DNA of 64,000 bases. It comes from an uncultured Parafilimonas sp. GTDB taxonomy: Bacteria; Bacteroidota; Bacteroidia; Chitinophagales; Chitinophagaceae. The translations under genes were made by a program, and so were the position numbers. The stretch covers positions 16,317 to 80,316 of the forward strand of contig CAIRZB010000114.1 of assembly GCA_903882935.1 (NCBI GenBank). The letters run 5' to 3'. This document shows positions 52,129 to 61,618 of this stretch, piece after piece (position 1 is the stretch's first letter; each line of letters opens with the position of its first letter). Below the pieces are notes generated by a model. The model did not search any database. It saw only the letters and a list, made by a program, of their open reading frames with translations, and was not told where the DNA came from.

Positions 52129-52415
52129 AGAAATTCGAGGTTATATTTTCACCCTACGCTTTAGATGATTTGGATGATGCCTGCAACTACTATCGAAAAA
52201 TAGACCCCGAAACCGAATTGAAATTCCTCTTGGAAATTGATAAAAAGATTGATGCAATTTACATCAACCCTTATTTTGCAACAGTCAAATTTGACAAGAC
52301 CCGTTGCACCTCTCTAAAAAAATTTCCATACAGTATATTTTATACGGTTGATGTGTTTACTGAGACTGTAATAATTACCAACATATTCTTTGCCAAAAGA
52401 AGGCCTTTTTGGTAA
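52125..52415 (+). CDS. type II TA system RelE/ParE-family toxin (ParE-like)
   Basis: A 96-aa protein with a C-terminal PYSIFYTVDVFTETVIITNIFFAKRRP pattern typical of ParE/RelE-fold toxins. Confidence 0.65.
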   Translation: MKKFEVIFSPYALDDLDDACNYYRKIDPETELKFLLEIDKKIDAIYINPYFATVKFDKTRCTSLKKFPYSIFYTVDVFTETVIITNIFFAKRRPFW

Positions 52416-52495
52416 AAGGCCTAGGTATATTTTACTATTTGCAAAAAAACTCCTGTGAAGTAATTCCTTGCCGCTGATGATGTAAAAGCGTCCCA

Positions 52496-53371
52496 TCAAT
52501 CCAAACGAGTCTGCCCAATTGGCTCATTTGGTGCTTGCCATTTCGCATCATGCCTCCACCCCGGCCGGCCGAAAACATACATCCATTTTGAATACAAATC
52601 AGGGGCTTGCCTCACATCCCGCAACATATTGCGGAACTCATGAAAAATCATCTCATCGGGCCTGTTTGATGTTGGTGGCTTGGTAACCCCATAAACCACC
52701 TTTTCGCCCTCCGGCTCAAAAGTGCCAAACAGCTTATCCCAAATTATTAAAAACATACCCATATTACGGTCAATATATTGGTCGTTTTGGCCATGATGTA
52801 CACGGTGGTGGCTGGGGGTAACCAAAAAATACTCCAGCCAACCCATTTTTTTTATCAGCTGGGTATGTACAAAAATGCCCCAAATTTGGGTGGCTGAGTA
52901 AATAAAAGCAATGTCTATGGGCCTGAACCCGACAACCGCCAGGGGTATAAAGTAAAAAAAACGGTACAACGGCTGAAAAACCGACGACCGGAAGCCCACC
53001 GTAAAATTAAACGTGTCAGAACTGTGGTGGGTAACGTGTATTGCCCAAAAAAAACGCACTTCATGGTCAAAACGGTGCAGCCAGTAATACATAAAATCTT
53101 CCGCCAGCAGCAGGCAAACCCAGTACAACACGGGGTTGCCCCAATGGAAAAAGGTATGGCTGAAAAAATAATTCAATATGGCCAAATACACCACACTAAA
53201 GGCAAGGTCAAGCCCCCCATTTAACAACATCAGGTAAAAATTATTAACAGTATCTTTAAGCGTATACGATTTTAGCTGCTGTAGGTGCGACAGCAAAATC
53301 TCCAACCCAATTATAACAACATATATGGGTGTTGAAATTAATAAAAGCCACTGTTCCCTTACTTCGTTCAT
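52496..53371 (-). CDS. sterol desaturase / fatty acid hydroxylase superfamily membrane protein
   Basis: Histidine boxes HRFDHE, HVTHH and HHRVHHGQN are present, along with 4 TM helices. Confidence 0.8.
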   Translation of the reverse strand: MNEVREQWLLLISTPIYVVIIGLEILLSHLQQLKSYTLKDTVNNFYLMLLNGGLDLAFSVVYLAILNYFFSHTFFHWGNPVLYWVCLLLAEDFMYYWLHRFDHEVRFFWAIHVTHHSSDTFNFTVGFRSSVFQPLYRFFYFIPLAVVGFRPIDIAFIYSATQIWGIFVHTQLIKKMGWLEYFLVTPSHHRVHHGQNDQYIDRNMGMFLIIWDKLFGTFEPEGEKVVYGVTKPPTSNRPDEMIFHEFRNMLRDVRQAPDLYSKWMYVFGRPGWRHDAKWQAPNEPIGQTRLD

Positions 53372-53517
53372 ACTATTGGTTACTTTCGTGGCGCAAAAAT
53401 AACGGTAAAAGTCCGGAAGTCGGAAAGTCGGCAAGTCCGGAAGATGAAGAGATTGAATATGGGATAGGAAAAATTCCACTACTCTACCATAACAAAACAG
53501 GCTTTCAATTAACAAAT

Positions 53518-53994
53518 ATGGGTGAAATTAATTTTGATAACTGGGAAAAGCAAAGCGAAGACCACCAGAAAAAGTATAAGCAGTTTTTACAACGGGCTGA
53601 TAAAAACAAGGTGTTGAAACAGCTGCCACAATTAAATGAGGAAGCTTTTGAAAAAGTAAACTGCCTTAACTGCGCCGCCTGCTGCAAAAGTTACAGCCCG
53701 CGGTTTAAAGGACCCGATATAAAGCGCATCAGCAAATACCTTGGCATGAAAGAAACAGAACTGATTGAGGAATATATGCTGCGCGACGACGAAGGCGATT
53801 ACGTGGGCAACAGCCTACCCTGCCCATTTTTGGGGGAGGATAATGCTTGCGGCATTTACGATGTGCGCCCTAGCGACTGCGCCAGGTTTCCCTATACCAG
53901 TGAGGATGTTTTATTAAAACGCCCCGCCATCACCCAAAAAAATTCTACATTCTGCCCGATTGTGTTTTATGTGCTGGAGAAATTGACGGAGTAA
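53518..53994 (+). CDS. YkgJ-family cysteine-cluster (CxxCxxCC) protein
   Basis: Has the motifs CLNCAACCKSY and CPFLGEDNACGIYDVRPSDCARFP. Confidence 0.7.
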   Translation: MGEINFDNWEKQSEDHQKKYKQFLQRADKNKVLKQLPQLNEEAFEKVNCLNCAACCKSYSPRFKGPDIKRISKYLGMKETELIEEYMLRDDEGDYVGNSLPCPFLGEDNACGIYDVRPSDCARFPYTSEDVLLKRPAITQKNSTFCPIVFYVLEKLTE

Positions 53995-54022
53995 ATTTTA
54001 CAAAACTTCATCGATAGCCTAT

Positions 54023-54448
54023 TTAAGTTGGTAACGATTCCTGGATGAAAAAAGCTTTTAACAACTTGTCGGCCGTAACGAACAAGTCAACCTCGTTTAC
54101 CAACGATACCGCTACCGAAAGTTGTATACTATCAAGAGCTCTTAATCCCTGCTTTCCATATTTCGCCAGCAAAGTTCTTGCATGGTCAAATATTACGCCA
54201 TCGTTTTTTATAAAAAAATAATTTCCAAAGCTTTTTTCAAAAAGTTGAATGATTATCTCAGCTTTTTCCTCAGCTATCTCCTTTGTGCGTACTTTTTTCC
54301 AAATCGCCGAGATAAATTCAATTTTAGAAATTTCTGAAAGAAATATCGAAGTGATGCTGTTTTGAATAAAAATATTTTCAACAATATAAGTATCAGTCTC
54401 CTTATTGTAGAGCTTGATTAAAGAAGACGTGTCTAAAAATATTTTCAT
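54023..54448 (-). CDS. PIN-domain toxin, VapC family
   Basis: The N-terminal IFLDTSSLIKL carries the PIN acidic residue. Length is 141 aa. Confidence 0.7.
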   Translation of the reverse strand: MKIFLDTSSLIKLYNKETDTYIVENIFIQNSITSIFLSEISKIEFISAIWKKVRTKEIAEEKAEIIIQLFEKSFGNYFFIKNDGVIFDHARTLLAKYGKQGLRALDSIQLSVAVSLVNEVDLFVTADKLLKAFFIQESLPT

Positions 54449-54675
54449 AACTCGCCTCTTCTTTCCTCAATTACAGTATCACTAAGGGAACCGGTAAAGT
54501 CTTTTAACAGCTCTTGGCTTTCAGCAAAATGAAAATCGGCTAACAAAAGCCGTTTTTCAGGGATGGCTTTTTTCTCCTCCAAAAAAGTTACTATAACCTT
54601 CACCGGGTCGTTTGATAAAAACTCTTCGTCAAGCTTTATGTACCCTTTTTGATATATTCCACTTATCGCTACCAT
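54445..54675 (-). CDS. putative VapB-like antitoxin
   Basis: A small upstream ORF overlapping the PIN gene by 4 nt. Confidence 0.45.
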   Translation of the reverse strand: MVAISGIYQKGYIKLDEEFLSNDPVKVIVTFLEEKKAIPEKRLLLADFHFAESQELLKDFTGSLSDTVIEERRGEL

Positions 54676-54750
54676 AAGGCTTATTTTTCCATTCAAAGGT
54701 ACAAAAAAAGGAAGAAATCATAATAGCCTCTTTTTATAACTTCATTATAC

Positions 54751-55467
54751 CTACTTATTTTTATTGGGCTGTTTGAAAGTTTTTATGTTCATTTTTACAT
54801 CAATATTTAGCGAGCGCAGGTATAATTTTTCGCCTGGTGTGTCAGAAGGCAAAATATTGCTCAATCCCCAATTATACATACAGGCAATTTCGAACCGCCT
54901 CCATGCCGATAAGCCCACGCCAAATTGCGCCCCCCAGTTGGCACGTCTAAGGTCATTGCCACTGGCACTGCTGTTGCCAAAATGTATATGCCTATTAATT
55001 TCGTCAAAGCTTTCGGGGCAGGCTACTAAATCACACAAATTGGGCTGGCTCATCCAGGATGCCTGCCTCATTAAATATTTCCCGCCCAGTCCAATTGAGC
55101 CGTACAGCCCTGTATAGAAATTGAGACTAAGGTTTTTTGTTTCAGCTAAGCTGTAGCCAATGCCGATGGGCAGGGTTACAAAAAGTGGTTTGTAACTGAT
55201 GTACTGGTTGTCGTAGTTGGTTTTTTGGTTGAAAATAGATTTTTTGTCTACCCCCGCACCTGAATAACCAAACCAATGTGTTGCAAAGCTATACTTTATA
55301 TTTAATGCAGCTTGCCAACCAGCCCGAATTTTATAATCACCATAATTATTCGTTTGCACAACGTGCGCAGTGGTTAGGTTGCTACCTGCTTGCACGGAAA
55401 GGGTTAACTGGCAATTGGCTGTTACGACAATTAGCAAAAGAAAAAGGGTTAAAAAATTAACTCGCAT
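54751..55467 (-). CDS. outer-membrane beta-barrel (PorT/OmpA-like porin family) protein
   Basis: Has a signal peptide, alternating beta-strand pattern and an aromatic C-terminal residue region. Confidence 0.5.
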   Translation of the reverse strand: MRVNFLTLFLLLIVVTANCQLTLSVQAGSNLTTAHVVQTNNYGDYKIRAGWQAALNIKYSFATHWFGYSGAGVDKKSIFNQKTNYDNQYISYKPLFVTLPIGIGYSLAETKNLSLNFYTGLYGSIGLGGKYLMRQASWMSQPNLCDLVACPESFDEINRHIHFGNSSASGNDLRRANWGAQFGVGLSAWRRFEIACMYNWGLSNILPSDTPGEKLYLRSLNIDVKMNIKTFKQPNKNK

Positions 55468-55546
55468 ACAGTAGTTTTAAACCTGACCACGATAAAAGGC
55501 TAAGTGTTGCATCGCGGCAAAAAAATAAAGCTGTTGGATGTGGGCT

Positions 55547-56557
55547 TTATTGAACAGGCGGAATTATTTTTTTGATGTGAATAAACCCACCATTCCGGTA
55601 ATCAACCATTAAAACATAGGTTTCCCTGTTACCGGCTGAAGCAAGCGCGGCACCAAGTAGGCCCAGCGCCATTTGCCCGCCGCTTATGTCACCTTGGCTG
55701 GCAGCCGTTTTAATTTCGCCGGTAAAATAAAAATTATTGTCGGCAGATTTTCGTAGTATATAATATCCGTATTGGGTTGCTATATAAGGCTGCCCGTTAT
55801 ACACAACAGCATACACCTCTTTCGAGTGTACTTTAACTTTCTTTCCACTGCTGTCAATAGTTCTCACCGTTTCAATTGTACCGTCCCTATTTGCATCTAC
55901 AACCGCTTTTTGGTCTGGTATCTGGCTCATGAACGATTTGTAGCTTTTATACAATCCATCAGTATAGTTTTCTGTAGTAAACACTGGTATATTCTGCATT
56001 TCAATACTGTCAATACGGTTAACCTCTGTTATACTATAGTCAACGGTATCTTTGGCTTCCGCCAAAAGGTTAGCGGCAATAAAACCAGACATTATTTTGC
56101 TTTCGGCCTGAATCAGATTAGCTACACTGGCTGTTCTAAAAATCAATACTGTATCAATTGTCGCAATCGCCCTATACCGCTCCCCATTTTTGGCGTACAA
56201 GCATGCTACAAAATAACAATACCTTGTACCGTATGTTTCAGCAAAACCAAACCAGTTAAGCTGCAATAACAGTTCCCCGTTTTTTGCTGTTGAATCTGTT
56301 AATGCGTTTATCACTGCCGTTAACTGGTCTTGAAACGGGTTTTTAAGCACCAGTTTTGCCTCTCTATTTCTTAATAAACCAATGTCAACAATACCTATAT
56401 CCTTATTACCCGCGCGGGAATCAAGAAAGCTGATGGTATTATACAAGCTGTTGGTTACCTTGGTTTTAGGCAGCACAATCTCAAAACCTTTTGTGGGTTC
56501 CTGAGAAAATGCCTCTGTTGTGGCTGACAAAAAAAGCAGAAGGGTTATTAGTTTCAT
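55547..56557 (-). CDS. hypothetical secreted protein
   Basis: The signal peptide MKLITLLLFLSATTEAFSQ is present. No motif was recognised. Confidence 0.5.
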   Translation of the reverse strand: MKLITLLLFLSATTEAFSQEPTKGFEIVLPKTKVTNSLYNTISFLDSRAGNKDIGIVDIGLLRNREAKLVLKNPFQDQLTAVINALTDSTAKNGELLLQLNWFGFAETYGTRYCYFVACLYAKNGERYRAIATIDTVLIFRTASVANLIQAESKIMSGFIAANLLAEAKDTVDYSITEVNRIDSIEMQNIPVFTTENYTDGLYKSYKSFMSQIPDQKAVVDANRDGTIETVRTIDSSGKKVKVHSKEVYAVVYNGQPYIATQYGYYILRKSADNNFYFTGEIKTAASQGDISGGQMALGLLGAALASAGNRETYVLMVDYRNGGFIHIKKIIPPVQ

Positions 56558-56747
56558 ATGCATATTTGGGTGACGAAAGTGATGAAGTCAAAAATATGAC
56601 TTTAACCCGCCCAGCCTAACCCTAGGCGCGATTTCACAAAATTTTCTATTTACGCCATCGCCAGCCGCTGTATAAAATCCCTTTCCGTCTTACCCCTCCC
56701 TCCCCTATCTTCGCCAATCATTCCAATCACCAATAACTTTAACCAAG

Positions 56748-57965
56748 GTGCAGTTTAAAGACGTTATAGGCCTTACAGATACCAAGCAACACCTGATTGA
56801 AATGGTGCAGCAAAACCGCCTTAGCCATGCCCTGTTGTTTTTGGGTAAGGAGGGCAGCGGCGTGCTGCCCCTGGCTTTGGCTTTTGCGCAATATGTTAGC
56901 CTGCAGCCGCCGGCCAACGCCAAGCCCGCAGCGGGTGGCATGTTTGGTGACGAAGCCCCCGCATCGCCCCCCCCAATGCACCAAACACCTGCCGAGGCCG
57001 ATGCCTGGATGGAGAAACAACCAGCCTTTGGCAAAGCGGCCAAATACATTCACCCCGATGTGCACTACACCTACCCGGTAATACCCAAAAAAAGTGGCGA
57101 CAAGCCCGTGAGTACTGATTATATTACCGAGTGGCGCGAATTTATACGTATGTACCCCTACGGCAACGCCTTTGATTGGCTGCAATTTATTGGTGCCGAA
57201 AACAAGCAGGGCAATATTACGGCGGAGGAATGCAACGATATTATGCGAAAGCTTAGCCTTAAAAGCTTTGAAAGCCAGTATAAAGTATTGGTGGTTTGGA
57301 TGCCCGAATATTTGGGCAAAGAGGGCAATAAATTACTAAAGTTAATTGAGGAACCCCCACCCAATACGCTGTTTATATTGGCCGCCGAAAATGAAGACCA
57401 AATTTTGGCCACCATACTCAGCCGTTGCCAGTTGGTAAAAATACCCCGGCCCGAAACAGAAGACATTCAGCAAGCACTAATGGGCAGGGCCAACGTTGAG
57501 GAGGGTAAGGCACGCCAAACCGCCGGCATTGCCGAAGGCAACTACCGAGAAGCCCTGCAACTGCTGCAGCATGCAGAGGAAGACTGGCAGGGCCTGCTGC
57601 GCGAATGGCTGAACGCCACGCTAAAAGGCGGCCCGGTGGCGCAGATAAAATGGATTGACGAGGTGAGCAAGCTTGGCCGCGAAAAACAAAAACAGTTTCT
57701 GCGGTATTTTAACCACCTGCTTGAACAAAGCGTGCGCATACGCGTGATGGGCGTTGATAGCGTGGCACTGCCCGACAATGAAAAAGACTTTGCCCAACGC
57801 CTAAACAAAATTGCCTCCGTAAGCCAGCAGCAGGTAATTATTGACGAGTTGGATAAAGCCGCCTATTATATTGAGCGCAATGCCAACGGAAAAATGCTTT
57901 TTCACGCTTTAACAATTAAACTGCTGCACATTATTCAGGATAAAGCCCTAATTTTGGCCGAATAG
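56748..57965 (+). CDS. holB: DNA polymerase III subunit delta'
   Basis: The N-terminus (GTG start) reads MQFKDVIGLTDTKQHLIEMVQQNRLSHALLFLGKEGSG. An AAA+ clamp-loader box VI/VII pattern is present. Confidence 0.8.
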   Translation: MQFKDVIGLTDTKQHLIEMVQQNRLSHALLFLGKEGSGVLPLALAFAQYVSLQPPANAKPAAGGMFGDEAPASPPPMHQTPAEADAWMEKQPAFGKAAKYIHPDVHYTYPVIPKKSGDKPVSTDYITEWREFIRMYPYGNAFDWLQFIGAENKQGNITAEECNDIMRKLSLKSFESQYKVLVVWMPEYLGKEGNKLLKLIEEPPPNTLFILAAENEDQILATILSRCQLVKIPRPETEDIQQALMGRANVEEGKARQTAGIAEGNYREALQLLQHAEEDWQGLLREWLNATLKGGPVAQIKWIDEVSKLGREKQKQFLRYFNHLLEQSVRIRVMGVDSVALPDNEKDFAQRLNKIASVSQQQVIIDELDKAAYYIERNANGKMLFHALTIKLLHIIQDKALILAE

Positions 57966-58291
57966 ATTGCCTTACAACTGCCAGCCCCCGGGCTTGTAGC
58001 GTTGGGCAAATAAAATGTAGGGAAGGTTTTGTGAACAGGCTGTTGCGCTTTTATATACTGTTGTTGTCCGGAGGAACTCCTTTGGAAGGTCGCACCTTTA
58101 ACTTTTGAATATATTTACGCTAACCGCATAAGGTATCTACACCTGTTCAACAATGGACGGGTTGTTGAAATGAGTGCCACACCAAAGCGAGTACTAACTA
58201 CAACAGAAATTGAATAGCAACCGCGCAGCCTGTAGCCATAACCATCCGCATTATTTTGATTAACAATCGTAACTGAAATAAATACGCGATT

Positions 58292-59836
58292 ATGGGCTGT
58301 GGATCCTGTGGAACGGGTAAACCTAACGGTTGTAAAAGCAACGGCGGATGCAGCACGGGCGGGTGCAACCGGCTTAACGTGCATGACTGGCTGATGAACC
58401 TGCCTTTAAATGACGTAGACGGTGGCTGCAAAATAGTAGAAATTTCCTTTTGCAATGGCAGCCGTAAAGACTTTTACCGCAATGCCACCTTGCAACATTT
58501 TGAAAAAGGCGAGCTTGTTACCTTGGAAGGCGTGAGCGGGTTTGACGTAGGAGAAGTGAGCCTTACAGGCGAACTGGTGCGCATACAAATGAAAAAGAAA
58601 GGGGTGGACGAATTTAACCCCGACATAAAAAAGATTATCCGCCGCAGCACGGACAAGGATATTGAGATGTTTAGGCAGAATAAAGCGCGTGAGCGGGAAG
58701 GACTGATGAAAAGCCGCGATATTGCCCGCGAGCTTAATTTGCAAATGAAGCTTACCGAACTGGAAATACAGGCCGACGGTAAAAAGGCAACCTTTTTTTA
58801 CACCGCCGACGACCGGGTGGATTTTAGGGAACTGATAAAACGCTACGCAGGCGAATTTAGGGTAAAGGTAGAAATGCGGCAGATAGGCATTCGCCAGGAA
58901 GCCGGCAAAGTAGGCGGCATAGGCAGTTGCGGCAGGGAGCTTTGCTGTAGCACTTGGTTGACTGATTTTAAAAGCGTTACCACCACCGCAGCGCGTTACC
59001 AAAACCTTAGTATAAACCAAACCAAGCTAAGCGGCCAGTGCGGCAGGCTTAAATGCTGCCTTAATTTTGAACTGGATACCTATTTGGATGCCCTTCAGCA
59101 GTTTCCGGATAATGCTGATACACTGGATACCACCAAAGGGCCGGCCAACCTGGTTAAAAAAGATATTTTTAAAAGCCTTATGTGGTATGTGCTGCCCGAT
59201 AGCAACAAGCAATACCCCCTGACAATAACAAGGGTTAAGGAAATAAAACGCCTGAACTACCGTGGCGAAAAAGTTGACGAACTACAACCTGTTGACCTTA
59301 CAGCCGGCAAATTGGCGGAAGCCGACCATGGTTTTGTGGATGTGGTTGGCCAAATAAGCCTGAAGACCTTGGAAAAAGACAGCAGGCGCAGGCGCGACCA
59401 GCAGGAGCAGGACCGGAGGAATGCCGGAGGCAACGACAGGCAACGGCCACCGCAGGACCGCCAGCAGCAGGACAGGCCACCACAGCAAGGTGCCGGTGGA
59501 GGAAACAACAACCAGCAACGCAATAACCAAGGGCAACAAGGCCAACGGCCACCGCAACAACAGCGGCCGCCGCAGCAACAACGCCCGTCACAGGATAGGC
59601 CGCCACAACAACGTCCACCTCAGCAGCAGCGCCCACCGCAGGATAGGCCGCCGCAGCAACAAGGCGGGGGCAATAACCCCAACCAGCAACGTAACCAAGC
59701 CCAGCAGGGCCAAAGGCCACCGCAACAGCAGCGACCGCCCCAGCAACAGCGTCCGCCGCAGCAAAGGCCGCCCCAACAGGACAGGCCATCGTTGCAAAAG
59801 CCACCGGGCGACAAGCCGCCCGCTGATAAACCATAA
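58292..59836 (+). CDS. ricT: PSP1 C-terminal domain protein RicT/YaaT-like with long Pro/Gln-rich repetitive tail
   Basis: Has an N-terminal Cys-rich cluster, the conserved GGIGSCGRELCCSTWL and GQCGRLKCCLNFE blocks, and a C-terminal QRPPQQ repeat region. Confidence 0.75.
   Translation: MGCGSCGTGKPNGCKSNGGCSTGGCNRLNVHDWLMNLPLNDVDGGCKIVEISFCNGSRKDFYRNATLQHFEKGELVTLEGVSGFDVGEVSLTGELVRIQMKKKGVDEFNPDIKKIIRRSTDKDIEMFRQNKAREREGLMKSRDIARELNLQMKLTELEIQADGKKATFFYTADDRVDFRELIKRYAGEFRVKVEMRQIGIRQEAGKVGGIGSCGRELCCSTWLTDFKSVTTTAARYQNLSINQTKLSGQCGRLKCCLNFELDTYLDALQQFPDNADTLDTTKGPANLVKKDIFKSLMWYVLPDSNKQYPLTITRVKEIKRLNYRGEKVDELQPVDLTAGKLAEADHGFVDVVGQISLKTLEKDSRRRRDQQEQDRRNAGGNDRQRPPQDRQQQDRPPQQGAGGGNNNQQRNNQGQQGQRPPQQQRPPQQQRPSQDRPPQQRPPQQQRPPQDRPPQQQGGGNNPNQQRNQAQQGQRPPQQQRPPQQQRPPQQRPPQQDRPSLQKPPGDKPPADKP
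59395..59825 (+). repeat. imperfect tandem nucleotide repeats encoding (Q/R)PPQQ-type low-complexity tail
   Basis: Units of the form CAACAGCGNCCGCCGCAGCAA recur many times. Confidence 0.8.
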
Positions 59837-60045
59837 AAGATAGGGTAAACATATTATATAAGCCTTATTCCGTTACCTGAAAAAGGAGTGGGATAAGGCT
59901 TTTGAATTTTGGCTGATGGGAGTGAATTAGTTTTGACTATCCCGTGCACAAAGGTTGTAGCCGTAAAATGCCATCCGCAACACATGTGCGTACGACCATT
60001 TAAGGTAGTGAACTGAAAATTCATTTCAAATAATAAGATGGTATT

Positions 60046-60723
60046 ATGAAAAATAAACTGTTAGCAATATTTTGTGTATTATTTTTTGTTAACTATTGTA
60101 TGGGTCAACGTGCTTTTTCAATGGACCAATTAAAACGGTATATCCCAAAAAAAGTTCCAAAATTTACTTTAGCTAAGTACACATCAATTTTGGCTGATAC
60201 CAGTATACTGTCCACAAAAGTTGTTTACATTAAAACATCTTCAGAAGAAGAAAGAAAAGGCTATAAGGTTGTAAATAAAACGACTTCTTACACAGTCATG
60301 AGATTTTTCGACAGCGGTAAAGTCTTTATTAGTTTCCCATATTTAAGTTACCCCAGCCACGCAGAGGCAAATGATTTTATTTATGGAAAATTTGGGTATT
60401 ATATTATAAAAAACGGCAAGATAAAAATAGAGCTGTATATGGATAAATGGGATGGCAGGATGTATAAGTTTGCAAGAAGCGTTTACAATGGTATACAATT
60501 TTATAAATTGTCAGGCACTGGGATAGGGCAAATATTGAAAGTAAGCAGATCAACTGACGATGGTTTTTATCATAAAGATTATATTAACCCGAAATACCTG
60601 AAAAATTGCCCTTTCCGGTATGGTATATTTAAAGTAAAAGCTGCGCCAGGCTCTCGGTCCGGTTTAGCCTACAGAGGCGTAAAAAGCTGTCAGCCACGGC
60701 AGCCTTTGGGGTTGGACGTGTAA
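60046..60723 (+). CDS. hypothetical secreted protein (AT-rich island)
   Basis: Has a signal peptide and low GC content. Confidence 0.5.
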   Translation: MKNKLLAIFCVLFFVNYCMGQRAFSMDQLKRYIPKKVPKFTLAKYTSILADTSILSTKVVYIKTSSEEERKGYKVVNKTTSYTVMRFFDSGKVFISFPYLSYPSHAEANDFIYGKFGYYIIKNGKIKIELYMDKWDGRMYKFARSVYNGIQFYKLSGTGIGQILKVSRSTDDGFYHKDYINPKYLKNCPFRYGIFKVKAAPGSRSGLAYRGVKSCQPRQPLGLDV

Positions 60724-60873
60724 AACAAAAGAAGAGGATAGGCTTAGCAGCCATCAGTGGTTGCTTATCAATGCCGACCGCTTTAGCTTGCAATAACCTG
60801 TGAATTTATAACCTTCACAATAAAAAAAACGCCGATGTAGCAAAAACGACACTGGCAGTTGGATTATCTTTAT

Positions 60874-61395
60874 ATGAAAAAAATAACTTTTTGTACGGCC
60901 GTAGTTTTGATATTTGCCTGCTGCAATCACGGGGTCTGGAATACCACAGGTGTTTATAATACATATCGTCCCAAGCATCCAAAATTTAAGATTTTAAAGC
61001 AGCCGTTTATAAAAAATGGTTTGATTGATACCAACCATCTTTATATTGATATTGCGAAAACAAATTACGGTGGTGATGATTTAGTTGGTTTTTATGGTTT
61101 TTTTGGCAATGGAAGAATGCTTGTGACGGGAGGAAAGAAAAATGATATTTTAAATATTGTGAATTATACTAATTCTCTTGTAAATGCCACTTGGATTGGC
61201 TATTACACCACCAAAGGCGATAAAATAAAGTTAGAATATTTTGTACCAAGTGAGGGTGGGGAATATGAAACCATGCATGGGATAATAAAAAAAGATACAA
61301 TAATTTTTATGGAAACCATTCGCGGTGGGGCATCTTTGTTTAGCAAGGAAGTAAGGAGTGATACATTGATAAAATCCCCCTATTTTTTAAGATAA
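60874..61395 (+). CDS. hypothetical lipoprotein, paralogous to upstream gene
   Basis: Has a lipobox (IFACC). It shares the block GKIKIELY/GDKIKLEYF and similar overall layout with the 60046 gene. Confidence 0.5.
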   Translation: MKKITFCTAVVLIFACCNHGVWNTTGVYNTYRPKHPKFKILKQPFIKNGLIDTNHLYIDIAKTNYGGDDLVGFYGFFGNGRMLVTGGKKNDILNIVNYTNSLVNATWIGYYTTKGDKIKLEYFVPSEGGEYETMHGIIKKDTIIFMETIRGGASLFSKEVRSDTLIKSPYFLR

Positions 61396-61474
61396 GCTCA
61401 TGGCTCGTACGATAGATATTCCCCTGCTCCGGTTAGCCGTTAAATCCAGATTTTCCGAACAGCATCTGAATTTC

Positions 61475-61509
61475 TTGGTGAAACCCTTGTGTGAAGAGCT
61501 TTTAAAACC
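61475..61509. repeat. 35-nt conserved intergenic element, copy 1
   Basis: TTGGTGAAACCCTTGTGTGAAGAGCTTTTAAAACC. It matches the element at 63569-63605 at about 90% identity. Confidence 0.7.
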
Positions 61510-61618
61510 CCTTTTAGGAAGTATGCCGTCATTGCAGTTTTCGGCACTTGCGTTGTTTAACAAATCCCATTCAAAGCGGGGATTCTAATAAGATCAGTTT
61601 GGAGGGGGAAGATTCTTC

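Noticed and set aside
53401-53450. A resemblance to the RNase P RNA GAAAGUCCGG motif
   Set aside because: The intergenic space is only 146 bp, far too short for an M1 RNA. The match is just a micro-repeat.
59257-59852. Long minus-strand Ala/Val-rich ORFs and a plus-strand Arg/Ser-rich ORF
   Set aside because: They are artefacts of the CAG/CCG repeat tract in the ricT tail and are open in every frame.
61400-61588. A 62-aa plus-strand ORF
   Set aside because: It overlaps the conserved nucleotide repeat element and has no start context or motifs. It is probably non-coding.
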